Of a stretch of 42,077 bases of DNA, positions 1-10,200 are shown in pieces. Position 1 is the stretch's first letter. Each line of letters starts with the position of its first letter. The notes below the pieces were generated by a model, which ran no database searches, was not told the origin of the DNA, and saw nothing but the letters and a program-made list of their open reading frames with translations. Location of the stretch: positions 1 through 42,077 of IMG/VR virus record IMGVR_UViG_3300043447_000048. One strand, written 5' to 3'. The translations under genes and the position numbers were made by a program. The DNA comes from a virus (Duplodnaviria > Caudoviricetes).

Positions 1-1
1 C

Positions 2-436
2 GGTAATCATGATAGATTATCATCATATCATTTAGTACATGCGCTCTCTAAGGCTATACAAGAGGAGAATATTATCTGGCATGCTGATTATGCAGAAAGA
101 AAAGTACTTACATTTAATAATAACTTCTTTGCTTTTGAGCATGGTGATGTAAATACTAAGAACTCTTTGTTAGTATATGCTACAGAGTTTTCAGAGGACT
201 GGGGTAATACCAAGTTTAGAACTTTATATACCGGACACTATCATAAAAAGAAAACCATAGAGTACATCACTGAAGATGAGATCACCGGTTTTTCTATTAA
301 GATTATACCAAGTTTATCTAAAACAGATTATTGGCATTATCATAATAAGTTTATAGGTAGCAAAAGGGCCGCTATTATTGAGGTTCATGACTATGACAAT
401 GGTAAGATTGGAGAGTTTGTTTATAACTGTATTTAA
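2..436 (+). CDS. Calcineurin-like metallophosphoesterase (5'-truncated by window edge)
   Basis: The frame is open from nt 2, upstream of the TTG start in the ORF track. It translates GNHDRLSS...FEHGD...YTGHYH, i.e. the GNHD, HG and GHxH motifs of the metallophosphoesterase superfamily. Confidence 0.85.
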   Translation, partial: GNHDRLSSYHLVHALSKAIQEENIIWHADYAERKVLTFNNNFFAFEHGDVNTKNSLLVYATEFSEDWGNTKFRTLYTGHYHKKKTIEYITEDEITGFSIKIIPSLSKTDYWHYHNKFIGSKRAAIIEVHDYDNGKIGEFVYNCI

Positions 437-445
437 TCTGGATTA

Positions 446-469
446 AATTTTGTATCTTATTAATGTAGT
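446..469 (+). promoter_or_regulatory. Putative phage late promoter motif (copy 1)
   Basis: Intergenic AATTTTGTATCTTATTAATGTAGT, 20/24 identical to 40510-40533; both lie just upstream of the first gene of a module. Confidence 0.55.
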
Positions 470-475
470 CAAGGT

Positions 476-1057
476 ATGAGAGGATATAAAGCGCCTGATT
501 TACATGCTTCAAGGCTGAGAATAAAACCTAAAAGAATCTTAACAAAAGATTTTATAGCAGAGTTCAAAGAGAAGCATCCTGAGTTCTCTACATTAGATGA
601 CAAAACTATCAAACAGATAGTGATGAAGTTTAATGAAAATATTTGGAAAGAGGTAATTGAGTATAGAGATGGAGTTGAGTTACCAGAAAGTCTGGGATAC
701 CTGTTTATAGGTACCTGTACATTTAACCGGGAGACTAACGTAAATTACGGTCTATCAGTTAAATACGGTAAAGAAATAAAAAACAGGAATCTAGAATCAG
801 ATTCTAAGTTAGCCAAAATATTCTATACAAATTACCAGACTAAATATAAGTTTGCAAACCGTGAGTTATGGGGTTTTCAAGCAATTAGACAATTCAAAAG
901 ATCAGTAGCTAAAGAGTATCCTGTATCTTGGCAGAAATACATTGTTGTAGATTCATATAAAAAAGTATCTGAGATGTTTTCAAAAGCCATGAGAAAAGAG
1001 GGTGGTAAAAAACAAGATGCAGAAACACTTAAGTTATATGATGAATTTGAATTTTAA
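476..1057 (+). CDS. IHF/HU-like DNA-binding protein, crAss-like tail-module type
   Basis: 193-aa basic protein. Two helices are followed by GVELPESLGYLFIG, resembling the HU/IHF V.L.GFG.F signature. Its position just upstream of tail tubular/stabilization genes matches crAss-like synteny. Confidence 0.6.
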   Translation: MRGYKAPDLHASRLRIKPKRILTKDFIAEFKEKHPEFSTLDDKTIKQIVMKFNENIWKEVIEYRDGVELPESLGYLFIGTCTFNRETNVNYGLSVKYGKEIKNRNLESDSKLAKIFYTNYQTKYKFANRELWGFQAIRQFKRSVAKEYPVSWQKYIVVDSYKKVSEMFSKAMRKEGGKKQDAETLKLYDEFEF

Positions 1058-1062
1058 TAAAA

Positions 1063-1722
1063 ATGGTAACTATTGGCACCGTAATATCACGGGTAAAGAA
1101 TCAGGTAAAAGGAGTAAGGCAAGATGCCTTCTTAACTGATAGGTATGTTTACAGCGTAGTTGTAAAGTACTCTCAACTTCTGATGAGGAGACAAGACTCA
1201 CAGAACAAATTAATGAAGTTTAATTCTATTTGGAGAACTCTAGATTGTTTAGAGTTAGTTGAAGTAGATAAGATAGAAGCATGTTGTGCAGGTATTAAAT
1301 CCGGTTGCACAATACGTAGAACTAAAGAGAAACTTCCTACAATGTTAGAGGGCTACTGGGGACCACTTATCCGTACAGTTAGTTCTATTGATGCATCAGA
1401 AGAATTATATGCTACTACACCTGGTCAGTTTACATCTATGACTAAGACAACCGGGTTTAAGTATAATAAGTTTAAATACTTCTGGTATCTTAATGGATAC
1501 TTGTACATGCCTAACTTAGATTGGGATGCTATTAAAGTAGAGGCCATCTTTACAGAAGATGCAACTAATGATGCTAATGCTTGTACTAAAAAGCAAGATT
1601 TGGGTATTAATGTACCTGAGTTCTTATTAGCAGAAATTGAATCAATGGTTATTAAAGATCTTGGTAGCAGATTATCTATTCCTACTGATCTTAGTGATGA
1701 TAATATTAATCCTAATAGATAA
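1063..1722 (+). CDS. Virion structural protein (tail ring/adaptor-type)
   Basis: 219 aa, lies between the IHF-like and tail genes, and is coupled by TAATG to the next gene. The YFWYLNGYLY stretch and the size fit crAss-like ring proteins. Assigned mainly from synteny. Confidence 0.55.
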   Translation: MVTIGTVISRVKNQVKGVRQDAFLTDRYVYSVVVKYSQLLMRRQDSQNKLMKFNSIWRTLDCLELVEVDKIEACCAGIKSGCTIRRTKEKLPTMLEGYWGPLIRTVSSIDASEELYATTPGQFTSMTKTTGFKYNKFKYFWYLNGYLYMPNLDWDAIKVEAIFTEDATNDANACTKKQDLGINVPEFLLAEIESMVIKDLGSRLSIPTDLSDDNINPNR

Positions 1723-2585
1723 TGCTTACTGAATTAAAATATCGGACATTTAATCAATTACTTGAAGATGTAAGTGTTGATTTTTCTATGTATGCCCTAG
1801 AGAATATGATAGAGCCCCAGCAACTTATTAAAGTTGTTCAGCGGGTTAACTATGATCTAGGACTGAGAATTAATATGACTAAAGAAGTTGTATTAGATAT
1901 CGTTAATAGCAAAGTAAGATTACCTGATGATTTTTATGTATTGAACTATGCAATGTTGTGTGGTTCTTATACAATTACTCAGCCTGCTATTTCTGGAACA
2001 CATAGAGAGGATGTAGTAGTACCATTTACTCCAGGACCATTAGATCCTTGCACTCCTACAAATACTTGCTTAACTCAGTGTGGTGATTTACTACAAGTAA
2101 TCCAGAAAACACAGTTTGAGACCCGGACATATGAGATTAATACAGTTATCTCTTTAGATAATAACTCTAAAACTATCTCATGTGATTGTCCTAATCTTAC
2201 CTGGAAATCTCCATACAAAGGTCAACTTAAAAATGGTTATATTCTTCTTAACTTAGAGAGTGGTAAGTTGTATGTAAACTATCAAGGTACTATGGAAGAT
2301 GAAGAGGGTAACTTAATGGTATTAGATAATCCATATGTAAATGAATACTATGAGTATGCTATTAAGCAAAGACTGCTTGAGAATCTTTACATGAATGGTG
2401 AGGACGTAGTACAGAAGTTAAATCTTATTGAGCAGAGATTAAGAGCTGCCCGTAATAATGCGTTGTCTTTGGTTAATACTCCAAACTTTGCAGAGATGTA
2501 TAAGATGTGGGAGATGAACCGTAAAGCACAATATGGTAAATATTACGATATGTTCAAGAGTTACAACTTTAATAGCTGGAGATAA
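1722..2585 (+). CDS. Tail tubular / ring protein (P22 gp4-like role)
   Basis: 287 aa, with LPDDF and a C-terminal DEEGNLMVLDN..EYYEYAIK segment; lies immediately upstream of the stabilization protein, as in crAss-like phages. Confidence 0.65.
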   Translation: MLTELKYRTFNQLLEDVSVDFSMYALENMIEPQQLIKVVQRVNYDLGLRINMTKEVVLDIVNSKVRLPDDFYVLNYAMLCGSYTITQPAISGTHREDVVVPFTPGPLDPCTPTNTCLTQCGDLLQVIQKTQFETRTYEINTVISLDNNSKTISCDCPNLTWKSPYKGQLKNGYILLNLESGKLYVNYQGTMEDEEGNLMVLDNPYVNEYYEYAIKQRLLENLYMNGEDVVQKLNLIEQRLRAARNNALSLVNTPNFAEMYKMWEMNRKAQYGKYYDMFKSYNFNSWR

Positions 2586-5500
2586 TGGATGGTAAAACTA
2601 GTTTAATACACACCGAGCTCTATAACAAAGGTTTACTTAAAGACGTAAGTGATACCTATATAGGTGAGGGTTATTGGACACATGCAAGAAACGCTGTGAA
2701 CAACTCTCCTTCTGGAGACGTTGGTGTATTAGGTAATGAACCAAGTAACGTATTATGTGCAAGAGCACCATATACTATTATTGGTACTATCTATATTACA
2801 AATGGTAAGTGGGCTGTATACTCCTCTGATAACTTTGCTTCTGAGATAGGTTTGTTTGATGAGAATACTTGTAAGTATAATACTATTTACAATGATCCTC
2901 AGAACAAGTGTTTTAATTTTTTTAAAGATTATCCAGTAATTGGAGTATCAAAGTATAACTCTGATTGTTCATGGTCTTTGTATTGGGATGATGCAAACAA
3001 TGTATCCCGGACCATGAATATTGGTAAGGAAGACATGTGGCCTTATCCTGTTGGTAGTTGGGATGGTGTTCCATATGATTACCAACAAATAACTAAAGAT
3101 GGTTGTATCAATAAAGTAAAACTAACAACCATTGATTGTGATAAATTAAGATTAGCAGCCTATGCTAAGACCCCTTGTATTCAAGTTAAAAAGGGTAATG
3201 GTATTGGTACATTGTTAAACGGATCTTATCAAGCTACAATTGCTTATTCTGTTAACGGTATAAAGGTATCTGATTATCTTGCTATATCTAACGTACAAGC
3301 TCTTTGGACACATGATAATGTAAATGGTTCACTGGATATCTTTATTAATGGCTTAGATACAGAGTATGACGAATTTGAGTTAGTTGTAATTGGGTTTGTT
3401 AACCAGCAAGCAGTAGCTAGAAAGATTGGTAACTACTCTACACAAACAACAACTGTATCATTAGATGCTATTGATCCTACATTAGTAACTATACCTATAG
3501 AGCAAATACCATTACGTACCCCGGCTTATGAGAAATCAGAGGGTATGTATAATGTAAATGAATACCTTATACGTATTGCTCCTACTACTTATGAAGATTT
3601 TAATTACCAGCCTACAGCTAATAAGATTACAGCTAATTGGGTTGGTGTAGAATATCCCGCAGATTATTATTATAAAGGCGGAAACAAACCAACATTTTTA
3701 AGAGATGAAGTATATAGCTTTTTTATACGATGGATTTATGATACCGGTGTCAAGTCATCTAGTTACCATATACCAGGACGTGCATCAAAACCCGGAGAGC
3801 TTAGCAATAACGCTAGCCCTGATCACATTGTAAACTTTGGTCCAGAACAAAACTGGCAAGTAAATAATACTGCTACAAAAGTTCCTGCTACAGGAACCAC
3901 TGACGATGGTGGTACAATTGTGTTTAAAGGTGAGATGGGTTACTGGCAGTCTACTGAAAAGTATCCAGATAATGATCCTTTAGTATGGGACACTCTATGT
4001 GGTCAAAATATTAGACACCACAAGATGCCTGATGATATTGTTATTTCTAACTATAACAATACTAACAATACAATTGTAACACTTGGTGTAGAGTTCTCTA
4101 ATATTGAATTCCCTAAAGATGCTGCTGGAAATTATATCCGGAACATTATTGGTTATGAAATCTTAAGAGGTACTAGAGAAGCTAACAGATCTATCATTGC
4201 TAAAGGTCTTATTAATAACATGCGGGAGTATGATATTCCAGATGTTATTTCTAGTAAGACTGGATTGTACGTAAACTATCCGTACAACTTCTTAGATCAT
4301 GATCCTTTCTTAGGAAGAGATAAGAACTCATTACCTAAGATAAAACAAACTAAGGGTGGTGCATACAGAGATAAAGATAAGTATGATAGTACTGGTTTAG
4401 GTGGTGTAGATGTACAATTGTTTGATGGAGTTAGAAGAGATATGTTCTCTTTCCATTCACCAGAAACTACATTCCGTAATCCTTTCTTAGCAGCTACTGA
4501 ATTAAAAGTATATGGTGAAGTATGGGGTAATGTAGAAGGTAACTTTAAACCTGTAGATAATCATCCTAAAGATAAGTTCATTACTGATACTACAGCTATT
4601 CTTGCAAACCTTGGAGGTATTGCAATTGGTGTAGCTGCAGCTAGAGCTGCTGTTCCTATTGTTGATATGGCAGTAGCTAGTGCAATTCAATTTGCTGTTA
4701 GTACTACATTTGGTACAGCCATTACTGCTAATCCATTTAGCGGTGGTACATTAGGTGTTATTGCCGCTGTTGGTCAGTATGCTATTTTGTTCTCTTATTA
4801 CTGGTTAGAATCTACTCAGAATTTAATTAATGGTATTGAAGCAATTGGTACTGCAAGACAGTTTGCTTATCAGTATGTATCACACGGTTTCTATAATAAC
4901 TTTATACCTTCCCCAGTAGGTAACAGAAGAAGAGAGATTATTAAGTCATTATACATTGATCCTGTAATTCAGGACTATGATACTACTTATAGGATTAATA
5001 ACTTATTCCGGGCCAATACTGTAACCCTTACAACTGGTGCTACAATAGCTGATCCTTCTGTAAGAGACAATACATTATTTACTATTGGTCAAATTGCTAG
5101 AGGAGATAATGGTAGAACTGCAGATAATGATATCTGGAAAGAGCCTACTAAATTACAGAACTCAGTTACATCTGCTCACTATGCTGCATTGAAAGTTAAG
5201 AATGATAATCAGTATGGTCAGTTAGAAGCAATTAGGCAGATTCCTATAGGATGTATTAATTTGTGGACACTTAACTATGCACAAAAAGCTTCTTCTACTG
5301 TAATCTTTGGTGGTGACATGTATGTTAACCGTTACACAGAAAAGTCTACATTCTTCTATTTTTCTCAGTGGATGCAGGACATGCCTGATAATACTGAGTG
5401 GGATTATAGATTGTATAACATGTTGCCCTTTCCAAGATATTGGATGGACACTAGTAAGTATAATGCTGGTGATTTATTGGGTGGTATATTTGGTGATGAC

Positions 5501-7243
5501 AAAGCAGTACCTAATGACTTTCATCATTTTGATAGAAGACAGACTTCTGGATTCTTTATGGTTAGATATGCATATATGTATTTGTTTAACTCAGGTATCC
5601 GGGATTTCTATGTAGAATCTGAGATTAACTTAGCATATAGAGATTACGGAGATGATCCAGGTAAGAGACATTATGACTTTAATACTTACACTGATTATAC
5701 AGAATTGTTCCGTGCTCCTTACATCAAGGATACAAACTATAACAAGTATGATTATGCATTAAGTATTAGTAAGCACTTTACAAACTTTGCATCATGGGGT
5801 AATCTACAATCTAGAATCTATGATCCTTTAAATACCGCATGCTATACTAAGTATGATAAGCGTGTAATCTATTCTTTACAGCAGCAGTTTGAATTATCTA
5901 AAGATAACTGGAGACAGTTCTTAGCTAATAACTATCATGACTTTGACTCTCAAGTTGTAAGTATGCGTTCTGTAGGTAAAACTGGTGCTATTATTATGCT
6001 TAATAATAACTCTCCAGTATTGTTCCAGGGTGTAGAAACATTAGATCTTAATGGTGGTACTAAATTATCTATTGGTGATGGTCAGTTATTTAATGCGCAA
6101 CCTTTACAGAATTTAGTAAATGCTGATCAAGAGTTTGAGTATGGTAGCTGTCAGAATAAATTCTCAGTAATTAATACACCAGCCGGCTTATTCTATATGA
6201 GTCAGAATCAGGGTAAGGTATTTTCTTATGGTCAAGGACTACAAGATATATCTAAGTCTGGTATGAAGTGGTGGTTCTCACAGTATAGCCCTTATGCATT
6301 ACTTGAAGACTTCCCAAATATAGATACTAATATCTTGGACAATACTATCATTGGTGTTGGTTGTCAAACTACATATGATAACATCAACGAGATTGTATTT
6401 TTCTGTAAGCGTGACTTTAAACTCAAGCCTCAGTATAAGGGTAAAGTATTCTACTTGATTAGTAATAAGTTTGGTCATGTGGATTATCCCGGATATCAAT
6501 TTGATTTAGGTGATCCCACCTATTTTGAAAATGCTTCCTGGACTGTAAGTTATGACCCTAAAGCTAAAGCATTTATATCTTTCCATGACTGGCATCCTAA
6601 CTTAGTAATGTCTAGTAAGACTTACTATATGACTGTAAAGGATAACGGTATCTGGAAACATAACTTAGTGTGTGACTCATTCTGTAAATACTACGGTGTA
6701 GATTATCCTTTTGAAGTAGAGTATGTACAGAACCAAGGTCAAACAGTTACTACTACAAGATCTGTAGAATACATTCTTGAGTGTTACAGATACTCTCAGA
6801 ACTGTTTAGATTATCATCATTTATTAGATGAGAACTTTGACCGGGCCATTGTATATAACACAGAACAGATCTCTGGTGACTTAAGATTAAACCTTACACC
6901 TAAAAACAATCCATACTTGGGTAATACATACCCTATAGTTAATGCTAGTAACATTGACATTCTATTCTCTAAAGAAGAACAGAAGTATAGATTTAATCAA
7001 TTCTGGGATATTACAAATGACCGTGGTGAATTTACTGGTACATTTACCCCCATGTGGGCTACTGAAGCTAACGGTTATATTAGGAATATTAATGCAACTT
7101 ATGTAAATTATAATAAGGGAGCTACACAAAGAAAGAAGTTTAGACATTACATTAACAAAGTTCTGCTTAAGAAAATTGTTTCTGGATCATCTAAGTTCTT
7201 ATTAAAACTCTCTAATAATAAACTGTTAGCTTCGTTTAGGTAA
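2585..7243 (+). CDS. Tail stabilization (muzzle) protein, P22 gp10-like
   Basis: 1552 aa, beta-rich. It has an N-terminal KGLLKD...HARNAV...GNEPSN segment, RDEVYSFFIRW, and a C-terminal WTVSYDPKAKAFISFHDWHP typical of crAss-like stabilization proteins; synteny agrees. Confidence 0.8.
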   Translation: MDGKTSLIHTELYNKGLLKDVSDTYIGEGYWTHARNAVNNSPSGDVGVLGNEPSNVLCARAPYTIIGTIYITNGKWAVYSSDNFASEIGLFDENTCKYNTIYNDPQNKCFNFFKDYPVIGVSKYNSDCSWSLYWDDANNVSRTMNIGKEDMWPYPVGSWDGVPYDYQQITKDGCINKVKLTTIDCDKLRLAAYAKTPCIQVKKGNGIGTLLNGSYQATIAYSVNGIKVSDYLAISNVQALWTHDNVNGSLDIFINGLDTEYDEFELVVIGFVNQQAVARKIGNYSTQTTTVSLDAIDPTLVTIPIEQIPLRTPAYEKSEGMYNVNEYLIRIAPTTYEDFNYQPTANKITANWVGVEYPADYYYKGGNKPTFLRDEVYSFFIRWIYDTGVKSSSYHIPGRASKPGELSNNASPDHIVNFGPEQNWQVNNTATKVPATGTTDDGGTIVFKGEMGYWQSTEKYPDNDPLVWDTLCGQNIRHHKMPDDIVISNYNNTNNTIVTLGVEFSNIEFPKDAAGNYIRNIIGYEILRGTREANRSIIAKGLINNMREYDIPDVISSKTGLYVNYPYNFLDHDPFLGRDKNSLPKIKQTKGGAYRDKDKYDSTGLGGVDVQLFDGVRRDMFSFHSPETTFRNPFLAATELKVYGEVWGNVEGNFKPVDNHPKDKFITDTTAILANLGGIAIGVAAARAAVPIVDMAVASAIQFAVSTTFGTAITANPFSGGTLGVIAAVGQYAILFSYYWLESTQNLINGIEAIGTARQFAYQYVSHGFYNNFIPSPVGNRRREIIKSLYIDPVIQDYDTTYRINNLFRANTVTLTTGATIADPSVRDNTLFTIGQIARGDNGRTADNDIWKEPTKLQNSVTSAHYAALKVKNDNQYGQLEAIRQIPIGCINLWTLNYAQKASSTVIFGGDMYVNRYTEKSTFFYFSQWMQDMPDNTEWDYRLYNMLPFPRYWMDTSKYNAGDLLGGIFGDDKAVPNDFHHFDRRQTSGFFMVRYAYMYLFNSGIRDFYVESEINLAYRDYGDDPGKRHYDFNTYTDYTELFRAPYIKDTNYNKYDYALSISKHFTNFASWGNLQSRIYDPLNTACYTKYDKRVIYSLQQQFELSKDNWRQFLANNYHDFDSQVVSMRSVGKTGAIIMLNNNSPVLFQGVETLDLNGGTKLSIGDGQLFNAQPLQNLVNADQEFEYGSCQNKFSVINTPAGLFYMSQNQGKVFSYGQGLQDISKSGMKWWFSQYSPYALLEDFPNIDTNILDNTIIGVGCQTTYDNINEIVFFCKRDFKLKPQYKGKVFYLISNKFGHVDYPGYQFDLGDPTYFENASWTVSYDPKAKAFISFHDWHPNLVMSSKTYYMTVKDNGIWKHNLVCDSFCKYYGVDYPFEVEYVQNQGQTVTTTRSVEYILECYRYSQNCLDYHHLLDENFDRAIVYNTEQISGDLRLNLTPKNNPYLGNTYPIVNASNIDILFSKEEQKYRFNQFWDITNDRGEFTGTFTPMWATEANGYIRNINATYVNYNKGATQRKKFRHYINKVLLKKIVSGSSKFLLKLSNNKLLASFR

Positions 7244-10200
7244 TGGGTAAAAAGAAACCTATCATATCTCCTTTTGGTCAGTGGGCTTATCCCGGTGAAG
7301 TGACCATAATACCCTCTTCAGATATTACAATGAAGGGGGTTAATTATCCAGTACTTGGTATAGATGATTTAGGTAATCAGCAAATGATGATGCCTGGTCA
7401 AGATTATACATTTCCCGGTAATTATGTAACTGAATACCCTCAGATGGGTAAGGGTGGTCAAATGATTAAGCGTAAAGATGGTTCTTACTCTCAACGTGGT
7501 TTGTGGGATAATATCCGGGCCAATAAAGGTTCTGGTAAAAAACCCACAAAACAAATGCTAGAGCAAGAGCGTAAGATCAAAGCCAAGATGAAGAATGGTG
7601 GTTGGTTAGATCAGTATCAGGATGGTAGTGAAGTTCCTTCTAACATAGAAAGAATGGATCCTGCTATTATTAAAAGAAAACGTTCATGGTTTGATAAGTT
7701 AAAAGGATATATACATAAAGGAGAAAAAGCAATAGGCTTAGATCCATATAATGAAAGATCTGATGACTTTATGGAACAGTGGGCTAGAAGAATTAATACT
7801 GCTACTGGAGGTAAAGATTGGTATAAGCAACCAAATGATGCATCTGGTGCTGGTGGTATAGGTACTGCTGTAATGGAAACTGTAATGGCTCCATTTAGTG
7901 CACCACAGTTAGCTTCTGTATATAGAGCAACTGGTAAAGTACAGATGCCATCTGAAGCAATGAATATTCAGAATCCTGTTGGTTCTTTTTTGGCTGATGC
8001 AATACTTGATCCTACTAACTTAGTAGGTGCTGGTATAGCTAAAAACTTGGGTAAAGGATCTTTACAAAACATGGTTAGATCTAGAATGCGAGGAGCAAGA
8101 CCAGATTTGCAAAGATATGTAGATAATGTTTCTAATGAATTACCAGCTCCTCCTTCAGAATTAAGATTAAATGAAAATACTGGACAGTTTGATGCTATGT
8201 ATAATACAGAACGTCCATACTTTGATCAATGGATGAGAACGTTAAATGCTACATCAAGTCCTCAAGATGTTGCGGATTTATTTGCAAATCCCAGTGGATC
8301 TATAGATTTAAGAAAACTTAAAAAGAATGTTAAAAATAAATCAGGATTAACAAAAGAAGAGATATTAAAGAATGCATCTCTTAAGGATAAAGAAGCCTTA
8401 AGTAAAATGTCTGAATCCGAATTTGAAGAAACTGTTTTAAAACCTACAGGTGAGATAGTAAGATATAATCCAGGATATGATAATGATACAATACGAGGTA
8501 TGTATTTTTGGGCTCCAACAAGACAAAATCAATTAGCAAATGCTTCACAACTATCTTATGATGAATATGCTAATATATTTAATTCTAAATTAGATGTTCT
8601 TAATGATATTATTGCTAAGAATAATAAGTCCGGATTAGAGTATAAAGTAAAACAATTATCACCATCTGGTAATTTAACTTTTCATACACCTTCTCAAATT
8701 GAAAAACTTCCTCCAAATAGTGATATGCTTAATACATTAAGAGATCGTGGTTTTATAGATCCAGCTGGTAATATAGATCCTCGTTTTCAAGATTATGCTG
8801 ATCGTTGGGGAATTAATGGTAATAGAAATATTCCTGAAGGAGAATCAACTTGGAGATTAAATATAAATCCTGGTCAATGGCGCGGTGATGTAGAAGATAT
8901 TCCATATGCTGAATACTATAAAGCTATTCCAGGATTAAATATGAAAGATACTACAGCAAGTGTATTTTCTGATGCAATGCCTAGAAGGGGTACTGGTGCA
9001 TATGAAAGTATAAATGAGTATCTTAAACTTATGGATCTTGGTAGAGTAAAACCAGGATTTAATTTACAAACTCAATATTCCAGTGGTCTTTGGCAGGATG
9101 CTATTAAAAAAGGAAAAGCTTATGGGTACTTTCATAATCCAACCACAATATATGGTTCTATGAAAACTGTAGCTCCATTAGCAGCAGGAACAGCCGCAGC
9201 CTCTCAATTACAAGAACAGAGATATGGTGGATGGTTGAATAAATATCAAGATGGTGGAGAGAATCTTCCAGAGTTAAATTCTAAAATAGATATTGCTAAT
9301 TTTTATAAGAATCCATTAAGTGAGAAGTATGGTATCTATCAAGATCCAGAAGATAATACTTATAGATATTATTTAAAATCTGGAAAAGAATCTTCAATAC
9401 TAGAGAGTGGTCCTGATTTATCTAATATAGATAAACAAAAGTTAAAAGAAATAAATGCTAAAAAAGCATCACTCTCTGAAATAGAACTATCTAATATTCA
9501 ACCAGTTAGCTCTGTTATTCTTCCTAAACAAAGAGAGAAAATATTAAGAGATAAACTCTATTATGAACAAGATGATTTAATGGCAGAGACAGCAAATGAG
9601 TTTCCTATCTCCCCTATTAAAACACCATCTTATTCAGAAATTTTAGAATCAGATCCTGAGTTTAAAAAGGTAATGACTGAAAAGCCAAAACCAGTAGCGC
9701 CAATTAAACCAAAACCAGTATCTGCAACTGATCCAGTAGTGCCAGTAAATGATGCATATAGAGTTATAACAAAACCTGCAGTACAAAAGATAGTAGCAAA
9801 AAATAATATTGTTAACCTAGCAGATTTTACAATTACAAAATCTGACTTGGCTTACTTAAATAAAGTTGAACAATACTGTCCAGGTGGTAACTGTTTAGAA
9901 ACAACTAGAAATGCATATGACATGCTTGCAGGAAGAGTACAAGGTATTCCTACAAGTTCTGATATTTGGAGTAAAGACTTAAATGTACATAGTAAAAAAG
10001 GAACACCAACAGCTGAGGATGTTAAACAATATCCATACTTTGCTGGAGATAGTGGAACTGGTACTGTAGATAGTTGGGATATTCATGGTGTAATTGTTCA
10101 ACAGGGTGGTAAGAATTTATTTAATATAAACAATCCAACACCTATTGATTACAAACAAATCCCAGTTGGTGCTGTAGTAGGTTGGGGACCTGCTAATGCA

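Noticed and set aside
167-169. TTG start for the first ORF
   Set aside because: The frame is open to the window edge and includes the upstream GNHD and HGD catalytic motifs, so the gene starts before the window.
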